A DNA stretch of 64,000 nt from Candidatus Magasanikiibacteriota bacterium (GTDB lineage Bacteria; Patescibacteriota; Patescibacteriia; Magasanikbacterales; GWA2-37-8), in the NCBI GenBank assembly GCA_963802255.1, contig CAWDHY010000001.1:107274-171273 (forward strand). The letters are read 5' to 3'. Positions 57,485 through 64,000 of the stretch are shown here, piece after piece. The translations under genes were made by a program, and so were the position numbers. The notes below the pieces were generated by a model. The model saw nothing but the letters and a program-made list of their open reading frames with translations. It had not been told where the DNA came from and did no database searches. The first letter of the stretch is position 1. Every line of letters begins with the position of its first letter.

Positions 57485-57937
57485 TTATTTTTTTGTTTCT
57501 TTTAATGTGTCACCGCTTGTTTCCGGTGACATATTTTTGTAAATTGCTCCTAGTACGCCGTTTACAAATTTTCCGGAAGAAGGCCCGCCAAATCCCTTTG
57601 CCAATTCGATGGCCTCATTGATTGCCACTTTTGGAGGTACCTCTTTGGAAAAAGCCAGTTCGTAGATGCCTATTCGCAGAATGTTTCGGTCGATGACAGT
57701 GATTTGGTCAATTGGCCAATCAGGCGCGTATTCAGAAATAATTATGTCAATTTTTTTTAAATTTGCGATGACGCCGTTGATTAAGCTAACCGAAAATTCT
57801 TTTTCCGTCAGGTCTTCGCCAAATTCAGATAAATTGTGTTCCAGGATTGCTGTTAATCGGTCATTATCTTGTCCACGAAAATCCCACTCAAACATTGTTT
57901 GCATGGCGATACTGCGCGCCAGATGGCGGTTGGACAT
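57485..57937 (-). CDS. nusB: transcription antitermination factor NusB
   Basis: NusB fold signature (AR..A.Q.L...D) and length. Confidence 0.8.
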   Translation of the reverse strand: MSNRHLARSIAMQTMFEWDFRGQDNDRLTAILEHNLSEFGEDLTEKEFSVSLINGVIANLKKIDIIISEYAPDWPIDQITVIDRNILRIGIYELAFSKEVPPKVAINEAIELAKGFGGPSSGKFVNGVLGAIYKNMSPETSGDTLKETKK

Positions 57938-58033
57938 ATGTTTTTTAAATTTACCCTGTTAAATAAAATTTTGTTTTGCAAAATTTCCACCCCTAAATTT
58001 AACTTGGTTTATCCTATTGAATATTCCCCTAAA

Positions 58034-58246
58034 TTATTTTTTTGCTTTTTTTGCGGCGCGCGCGGTTTGTCGTTTTACGCTAATAACCTGTGCTCCTCGA
58101 TATGTGCCGCAAAATCCGCAGGCACGATGAGGCCTGACCGGTTTGCCGCATTTTGGGCAGAGGTTATATGTTTTTTCTGATAATGCAAAATGCGCTGCTC
58201 GGCGTCGTTTATGTGACGATGTCCGTCGATGACCTGGTAATCCCAT
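58034..58246 (-). CDS. rpmF: 50S ribosomal protein L32
   Basis: LPGHRRTSSHKRRRAAHF..CPKCG...HRACGFCGTYRG matches the L32 consensus with a CxxC...CxxC Zn ribbon. Confidence 0.75.
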   Translation of the reverse strand: MGLPGHRRTSSHKRRRAAHFALSEKTYNLCPKCGKPVRPHRACGFCGTYRGAQVISVKRQTARAAKKAKK

Positions 58247-58431
58247 ATAAATATTTCTAATTTCTCCCGGCTTAAAGCCGGGGTCCCGCCAAAGTGTCGG
58301 GATAATTTCTAATGTCTTAATCCTATATGATAGGAAAATTGGCCTCTATTGTACAATAAAACCGTATTTTTTGCAAGTTGAGTATTCTTTTGGCTTATTT
58401 TAGGTAAAAAATGTATTTTATCGCCTTACTC

Positions 58432-58460
58432 TTGACAAAAGGGTAAAAATATGCTATACT
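58432..58460 (+). promoter_or_regulatory. sigma70-like promoter (TTGACA, 17-nt spacer, TATACT) reading into the high-GC insert
   Basis: -35 at 58432-58437 and -10 at 58455-58460. Confidence 0.55.
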
Positions 58461-58492
58461 AATCCGTTATGATAATAAATGCTTTATTTCCT

Positions 58493-58551
58493 GAGAGAGG
58501 GATATAGGGCATATACGAATAGTTTTGGCCTCTCTCAAACAGAGGTTTTTT
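58493..58551 (+). promoter_or_regulatory. leader with mutually exclusive helices: GAGAGAGG/CCTCTCTC versus terminator CCTCT-ctcaaac-AGAGG followed by TTTTTT
   Basis: the sequence allows either an 8-bp antiterminator-like pairing or an intrinsic terminator at 58529-58551; about 150 nt of leader remains before the downstream ATG. Confidence 0.3.
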
Positions 58552-58702
58552 GTTCCTTACAAGAGTTTAAACGCTGAATAAAGGGTTGTAGTGTAGAGAT
58601 AGAATCTGATTGATCTGTCTAATGAATAATAATTTAACACCAACCTTTTATTGAGCGCTAAAGCTCACAAAAAACGTCCGCGTAGCGGGCAGGAGGTATG
58701 CA

Positions 58703-59125
58703 ATGAATCCGAAGATCGAAGTGGCCTGCTGCGTGTGCCAGAAAAACAAGTGCAAGGCATTCGAGGCCAGCACCTTCTCCCGCGTGAAGATCGCGGAGTC
58801 GCTCGGGCGGAAGCCCGAGGTGAAGGACCTGGTCGAGAAGTTCGCCATCTGCCCCAAGTGCCGCGAGAACGCGTTCGAGCGCTTCGAGGCGGAGGCGCAG
58901 GCCGAGAACCAGAAGTACGAGCCGCGCAACGAGCGCCGGATCGGCTGGCTCTGCCACGCGGCGAGCTGCCTCGAGGAGGAGGCGGCGTCCGTGAAGGCCA
59001 TGGCCAAACTCGGCGACCTCTTCGACTTCAAGTCGGTCGCGCCGGAGCCGGCCCCCGTGACCAAGCTGCCGGTCAAGCCGGCGGCCCCCAAGGTCCGCGG
59101 CAAGAAGGCGGTCAAGACGGGCTAA
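58703..59125 (+). CDS. foreign high-GC gene encoding a 140-aa Zn-ribbon-like protein (CCVCQKNKC ... CPKCREN)
   Basis: SD GGAGG upstream; GC3 near 90% against a genome-wide AT-rich codon bias; Cys pairs; C-terminal Pro/Ala/Lys-rich tail. Confidence 0.55.
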   Translation: MNPKIEVACCVCQKNKCKAFEASTFSRVKIAESLGRKPEVKDLVEKFAICPKCRENAFERFEAEAQAENQKYEPRNERRIGWLCHAASCLEEEAASVKAMAKLGDLFDFKSVAPEPAPVTKLPVKPAAPKVRGKKAVKTG

Positions 59126-59338
59126 CCATCGGTGGCGCCCGTCAGTGTCTCAGACAAATGAAGAAATGGAGGATCCGAATGCCCTTTCCCTAACGCTATC
59201 GCACCAAGACAGCGATACCCCCGTGTACGGGGTGAGGAGATCACATACCTCAGCCGGCAAGTTGTGAGAATCCACGCTGTGGACGCGAAGCCGAGTAACG
59301 CGTGAATCTCGGTGTTTCAACCTCAACATGTCGTACTT

Positions 59339-59372
59339 TTGCCCCCGCACAGAAATGTGCGGGGCTTTTTAT
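59339..59372 (+). terminator. hairpin gcccccgcac-agaaat-gtgcggggc followed by TTTTTATTT
   Basis: 10-bp GC-rich stem plus U-tract closing the high-GC block. Confidence 0.65.
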
Positions 59373-59379
59373 TTAGATA

Positions 59380-59408
59380 TTGACAATTTTTAAAAAAACG
59401 CGTATTAT
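59380..59408 (+). promoter_or_regulatory. sigma70-like promoter (TTGACA, 17-nt spacer, TATTAT)
   Basis: -35 at 59380-59385 and -10 at 59403-59408; downstream SD GGAGGAGG before ATG 59453. Confidence 0.5.
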
Positions 59409-59452
59409 GATGTTTCGAGAAAAAAGCAGGAAAGCAATCGGAGGAGGAATAG

Positions 59453-59737
59453 ATGTGTTCTTTAAAAAACCTGTTCACATTAGGAAAATTGGTCTTGTTG
59501 GTCCAGTCGGCCATCGCCGGCGTGATATTTTTGGCTATATCCATAACTGCGTTGGTAAATCCGGCTTTTGTTGAAACAGTGAGTTCATTTGACTGTTTCG
59601 CCCGATCCTGGATAATCGCTCAGTATTGGCTGCCAAATATGTCAACTCATGCAGTAGTTGTTTGTGCTTCGTTTTTGCTTGGAGCATTTAACACCATCAT
59701 CGTATTGGCTACATCCTGTTCCAGGATTCGCCGATAG
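59453..59737 (+). CDS. small membrane protein (94 aa, 3 TM)
   Basis: strong SD GGAGGAGG 5 nt upstream; hydrophobic helices. Confidence 0.4.
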   Translation: MCSLKNLFTLGKLVLLVQSAIAGVIFLAISITALVNPAFVETVSSFDCFARSWIIAQYWLPNMSTHAVVVCASFLLGAFNTIIVLATSCSRIRR

Positions 59738-59750
59738 AAAGGGGTAGACT

Positions 59751-60017
59751 GTGACAAATTTGATCAAAAAAATTTTTTTAACGGTTCTTTCATTATTGCT
59801 TACATTCAGTGTTGCGGTGATACAGTCAGTTGCCGTTATTTTTTTTCTGATTCTCGGTATTTGGCTTCTGAATGAAGCCTTTCAACAACCGCCCTGGATT
59901 TCCGCATTTATCACTTTCGGAAGCATGGCATGTTTTTACGGCTCTTATGCATTGTCCGATATCGATTTGCCAATGTTTCAACGGTGGCAGCATTTTGTAC
60001 AAACTCGTTTGAGATGA
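59751..60017 (+). CDS. small membrane protein (88 aa, 3 TM)
   Basis: tandem with the previous gene; hydrophobic helices. Confidence 0.35.
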   Translation: MTNLIKKIFLTVLSLLLTFSVAVIQSVAVIFFLILGIWLLNEAFQQPPWISAFITFGSMACFYGSYALSDIDLPMFQRWQHFVQTRLR

Positions 60018-60126
60018 TACGAATACTGTCCTGCATCACCGAGCGCGACTCTTCATGGAGGCGCGCTTTTTTATTTGCAATTGCTAAAATTCATCTAATA
60101 AGATAAGATTATTAAGATATATTAAT

Positions 60127-61119
60127 ATGCTTCGGATTGAAACAAAATTTGACATGGCGAATAGCTGGCTAAAAGAAAACGCGGAAAACGCGCCTTTTTG
60201 TCAGTCTTTTGAATGGGAAGAAATATTATCGCGTGAACTCAAAAATATTGAACGGCTGGTTATTTTTGATGATGAAAAACCGGTTGCTATGGCGCTTATA
60301 GAATATCATAAAATACTCTTTGGCTGGTCATACGCATTTTGTCCAAAAGGACCTGTGTACAGAACAGGTATTGAAGAAACAACTTTTAATCTGATTAATG
60401 AGGAATTGCAAAAATATTTTTCTGATAAAAAATGCGTTTTTTTCAGGATTGAACCGTCAAAGAAAATTTTTGGGTCGGAGAAGGTAAATGATTTCAATCC
60501 TCGCGCAACCATGGTTTTGGATTTGCGGATAACACCGGAAGAATTACTGAAAGGAATGCATCAGAAAACCCGGTACAATATAAATTTGGCGCAAAAAAAA
60601 GATTTGAGAGTGAGTGATGCGAAAGATGCGGACAGTTTTATTGAATTAATGAAACAAACCGGCAGGCGTGACAATTTTCGCTTGCACGCAGTCAGACATT
60701 ATCATGAAATTATTTTTTCATCGTTTTCGCATCAGCTTACCATATATTATGGGCCGAAAGCGATTGCGACTGCGGTGTTTATCGGATTTGGCGATACCTT
60801 TACATATTTATTCGGCGCATCCGACTATCAAAGCCGATCTTTAATGGCGCCATATCTGATTCAGTGGGAGGGCATCAAAATGGGGCAAAGATACGGATAC
60901 AAATATTATGATTTTTTTGGTGTTGCTCCGAAAATAGCCGGGCAGGATAATATTGAATCATATCAATATGACCTCAAGCATCAGTATGCCGGAGTGACCA
61001 GATTTAAGCAGGGTTATGGCGGTCATTATCACGAAGACCCGGGAACATTCGATCTGGTTATCGTGCCGTGGAAATATAATTTATATAAGTTTTTGCGTTT
61101 GTTGCGGCGACTGATTTAA
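60127..61119 (+). CDS. FemAB-family aminoacyltransferase (peptidoglycan cross-bridge formation)
   Basis: length and blocks typical of FemX/FemAB (N-terminal FCQSFEWEEIL, central GNAT-like fold). Confidence 0.55.
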   Translation: MLRIETKFDMANSWLKENAENAPFCQSFEWEEILSRELKNIERLVIFDDEKPVAMALIEYHKILFGWSYAFCPKGPVYRTGIEETTFNLINEELQKYFSDKKCVFFRIEPSKKIFGSEKVNDFNPRATMVLDLRITPEELLKGMHQKTRYNINLAQKKDLRVSDAKDADSFIELMKQTGRRDNFRLHAVRHYHEIIFSSFSHQLTIYYGPKAIATAVFIGFGDTFTYLFGASDYQSRSLMAPYLIQWEGIKMGQRYGYKYYDFFGVAPKIAGQDNIESYQYDLKHQYAGVTRFKQGYGGHYHEDPGTFDLVIVPWKYNLYKFLRLLRRLI

Positions 61120-61131
61120 GTAAGGTCATCA

Positions 61132-61203
61132 GTCCTCATAGTTTAATGGATAGAATATCTCCCTCCGAAGGAGACGGTCCAGGTTCGATTCCTGGTGAGG
61201 GCA
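61132..61203 (+). tRNA. tRNA-Arg (anticodon CCG)
   Basis: cloverleaf; anticodon loop CUCCGAA; T-loop TTCGATT; its D-arm is nearly identical to tRNA-Arg(TCG). Confidence 0.85.
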
Positions 61204-61220
61204 CATAACAATAATGATAT

Positions 61221-61652
61221 ATGCCGGCAAAAATAGGACAATCAAAACAAGGCCATCTGATGCATTTTACTTCAGCCGCTGTTATTAGGCGTGATGGAAA
61301 AATTTTAATGATTGACAGAAAAATATTTCCATTGGGTTTTGCCTGTATCGCCGGTCATATTGAAGAAGGCGAAACGCCTGAAGAAGCTTTGACCAGAGAA
61401 GTTGGAGAAGAAAGCGGTTTGAAAATAATTAAAAGCAAAAAAATATTTGAAGAGGAAGTTGATGAAAATGTCTGCAGCCGGGGCGTGACCGTTCATTACT
61501 GGCATGTATATGAATGCATATGCGAAGGCGAACCGGTATTGTTTCCTTTGGAAGAGAAATCAATAGGATGGTTTTCACCTGAAGAAATTCAAGTAATGAC
61601 TCTTGAACCGGTTTGGGATTATTGGCTGAAAAAAATGAAAATTATCAGTTGA
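61221..61652 (+). CDS. NUDIX hydrolase
   Basis: Nudix box GHIEEGETPEEALTREVGEESGL. Confidence 0.7.
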   Translation: MPAKIGQSKQGHLMHFTSAAVIRRDGKILMIDRKIFPLGFACIAGHIEEGETPEEALTREVGEESGLKIIKSKKIFEEEVDENVCSRGVTVHYWHVYECICEGEPVLFPLEEKSIGWFSPEEIQVMTLEPVWDYWLKKMKIIS

Positions 61653-61714
61653 AGATTATCTAAAAAACTGCCGGTTGTAAACGGCAGTTTTTTAAGTTAG
61701 AAAATTTTTATGTT

Positions 61715-64000
61715 TTATGCCAGCGTATCTCCATTGATCTCCATTACAGTTACGCTCGCAACTTTGTCATTTTCTTCTTTAAAGCGCATTAAGCGCACTC
61801 CTTGGGTGGCTCGCCCTGAAACAGAGACAGCTTTAAGAGGCATTCTGATGACTTGGCCCTTCGAGGACATCAATAATAAATCATATTTATCTTCTTTAGA
61901 CCCGTCAACCAGTCTGGCATGAATTAAATTGCCGGTTTTTTGCGTAATTTCCGCTGTTTTGATTCCACTGCCACCGCGTCCCTGCACCTTGTATTGTGAT
62001 AAAGCAGTACGTTTGCCGATTCCGTTTTCCCCGACGATCAAAAGTTCCAGATTTTTATTATTCGGGTCGACTATATCCATAGAGATAACTTCATCTTTGT
62101 CGTGCAGACGCATGCCCCGCACACCGGCCGCGTTTCTCCCCATTGGGCGTACATCGCCTTCTTCAAAACGAATGGCCTGGCCTTTAAGCGTGATAATACT
62201 GATTTCATCGTGACCGGTTGATGGTTTAACCCATTCCATAGAATCCTCGCCTTTCAATTTTAAGGCGATTAAACCGCTCCGGCGCACATTAGAAAAATCC
62301 GAAAGCGCTGTTTTTTTGATCAAACCCTTTTGGGTGACCATCACCAGATATTTAATTTCAGACAAATTGCCCATAGTTAACAGAGCAGTAACTTTTTCAT
62401 TTGGCGCAAGCTGTAGGAAATTCACCAATGCTTGCCCTTTGGCGGTCCTGCTTCCTTGCGGAATATCATAGGCAAAAAGCTGAAAAACCCGCCCGCGATT
62501 GGTAAAAAACAAGACATTGTCATGCGTGTTGGTCATTTGAAGCTGGTCAACCGATTCTTCTTCTTTTGTTGTCACACCTATTACGCCTTTTCCGCCGCGC
62601 GATTGCTGGCGAAAAGTATCCGGAGGCAAACGTTTTACATAGCCGTCGGTTGTGGTCATAATAATTGTCGGCTCATTTGGCACAAGGTCTTCAACAGTAA
62701 ATTCTTTAATACCATGAGCGACAATTTGAGTCCGGCGCGGTTGAGAATATTTGGTTTTGATTTCTTCGGTTTCAGTTTTTACAATTTTTAATATTTTCGT
62801 TTCTGAAGCAAGGATTGATTCCAATTCCTTGACTAACGACTTTTTTTCTTTCAGCTCATCTTCTATTTTTTGTCGTTCTAAGTTCGCGAGTTGCTGCAGT
62901 TTCATCTCCAAAATTGCCGTTGCCTGGCGGTCGGTAAATTTAAATTTTTTGATTAAGTTTATTTTTGCCTCTTCTTTGTCTTTTGAAGCGCGGATTGTTT
63001 TTATTACCAGTTCAATTTTATCCAATGCCATGGCGAGACCCTCTAAAATGTGCGCCCGGTCTTTGGCTTTTTCCATATCATATTCGGTGCGGCGGCGGAT
63101 GACCACTTGGCGGTGCTTGATAAATTCTTCAAGGATGGTTTTTAAATTAAGAATACGCGGTTGTATCCCGTCAACTAATGCCAGCATGTTTGAATGAAAG
63201 GTTGTCTGCAATTCGGTCATTTTAAACAACTGATTCAGAATTTTTTTCGGGTAGGAATCTTTTTTCAGTTCAATCACCACGCGAACACCGTCTTTATTTG
63301 ATTCGTCACGGAGATCTTTTATACCTTCAATTTTTTTCTCCTGCACCAAGTCGGCGATTTTTTCCAAAAGGGTCGCCTTGTTAACCTGATACGGGACTTC
63401 GGAAACTATTATCTGAAAGTGGCCGGTTTTCGTTTCGTTGATTTCTGCTTTTGCTCTAAGCACAATACCGCCTTTGCCGGTTGCATACATGGCGGCTATG
63501 TCTTTTTTATTGTAAATAATACCACCGGTGGGAAAGTCCGGGCCTTTTATTACTTCGGCCAATTCTTCAACAGTTGATTTTGGTTTTTCGATTAATAACG
63601 ACACGCCGTCGCAAAGTTCCCCCAAATTATGTGGCGGAATGGAAGTCGACATACCGACAGCAATGCCCATGGTGCCGTTTAAAAGCAAGTTTGGCACTTT
63701 GGAAGGCATTACAGTTGGTTCTTGGTGTGAACCGTCATAAGTTGGAATGTAATCAACGGTATTTTTATCAATATCTACAATCATTTCTTCAGCAAGCGAG
63801 GTGAGTTTGGCTTCGGTATAACGCATGGCCGCGGCCGGGTCACCGTCCATGGAGCCGAAGTTTCCTTGCCCGTCCACAAATACTTGCCGCATGGAGAAAT
63901 CTTGCGCCATACGAACCATAGAATCGTAGATGGCGGCGTCGCCGTGCGGATGATATTTGGCCATTACCTCACCGACCACGTGCGCCGATTTTCGGAACTT
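61715..64000 (-). CDS. gyrA: DNA gyrase subunit A (5'-partial; the N-terminus lies beyond the window end)
   Basis: [18 protein letters not shown], the GyrA-box region and C-terminal beta-pinwheel repeats; the ORF continues past position 64000. Confidence 0.9.
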   Translation of the reverse strand, partial: KFRKSAHVVGEVMAKYHPHGDAAIYDSMVRMAQDFSMRQVFVDGQGNFGSMDGDPAAAMRYTEAKLTSLAEEMIVDIDKNTVDYIPTYDGSHQEPTVMPSKVPNLLLNGTMGIAVGMSTSIPPHNLGELCDGVSLLIEKPKSTVEELAEVIKGPDFPTGGIIYNKKDIAAMYATGKGGIVLRAKAEINETKTGHFQIIVSEVPYQVNKATLLEKIADLVQEKKIEGIKDLRDESNKDGVRVVIELKKDSYPKKILNQLFKMTELQTTFHSNMLALVDGIQPRILNLKTILEEFIKHRQVVIRRRTEYDMEKAKDRAHILEGLAMALDKIELVIKTIRASKDKEEAKINLIKKFKFTDRQATAILEMKLQQLANLERQKIEDELKEKKSLVKELESILASETKILKIVKTETEEIKTKYSQPRRTQIVAHGIKEFTVEDLVPNEPTIIMTTTDGYVKRLPPDTFRQQSRGGKGVIGVTTKEEESVDQLQMTNTHDNVLFFTNRGRVFQLFAYDIPQGSRTAKGQALVNFLQLAPNEKVTALLTMGNLSEIKYLVMVTQKGLIKKTALSDFSNVRRSGLIALKLKGEDSMEWVKPSTGHDEISIITLKGQAIRFEEGDVRPMGRNAAGVRGMRLHDKDEVISMDIVDPNNKNLELLIVGENGIGKRTALSQYKVQGRGGSGIKTAEITQKTGNLIHARLVDGSKEDKYDLLLMSSKGQVIRMPLKAVSVSGRATQGVRLMRFKEENDKVASVTVMEINGDTLA

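Noticed and set aside
58648-59193. Overlapping ORFs in other frames of the high-GC block (58648..59115 -, 58651..59193 +, 58658..58957 -)
   Set aside because: High-GC DNA lacks stop codons in most frames. The 58703..59125 frame is the only one with an SD, an ATG and the codon-position GC pattern (GC3 much higher than GC1 and GC2) of real coding sequence.

Overview
The window is from a low-GC (~40%) bacterium with AT-rich codon usage whose gene content resembles a Candidate Phyla Radiation / Patescibacteria genome. Supporting features are a Gram-positive-like wall toolkit (FemAB-like, SpoIID/LytB), a 23S-5S rRNA unit with an insertion in 23S and no adjacent 16S, ribosomal proteins with acidic tails, and many tandem two-TM pilin-like paralogs resembling the TrbC/VirB2-type pilin-like proteins of CPR genomes. 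Conserved housekeeping blocks are confidently assigned: ychF; the type IV pilus operon pilB-pilC-pilM-pilN-pilO; rpsF-ssb-rpsR; epmA next to efp; a P-type ATPase; ruvB; galU; rpsO-pnp; rnc-nusB; rpmF; gyrA (partial); and a nucleotide-sugar/RNA-modification cluster. Eleven tRNAs are identified by hand-folding. The most unusual signals are: (1) at five tRNA loci the gene is followed, or for tRNA-Gly(GCC) preceded, by structured elements built from copies of the tRNA's own ends. Two of the downstream elements form family A and two form family B; each has an inverted copy of the cognate T-arm at its 5' end and a direct copy of the cognate 3' end at its 3' end. Downstream of tRNA-fMet there is instead a 3x120-nt tandem array. 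(2) A tandem array of about ten paralogous two-TM pilin-like genes with divergent Cys-rich C-terminal domains. (3) A ~700-bp high-GC block carrying a Zn-ribbon gene with completely foreign codon usage. (4) A GC-rich lipoprotein gene with a (GACACN)n repeat encoding (DT)12. All coordinates were derived by hand from the printed sequence and cross-checked against ORF-track frames where possible; promoter and terminator boundaries may be off by 1-2 nt.
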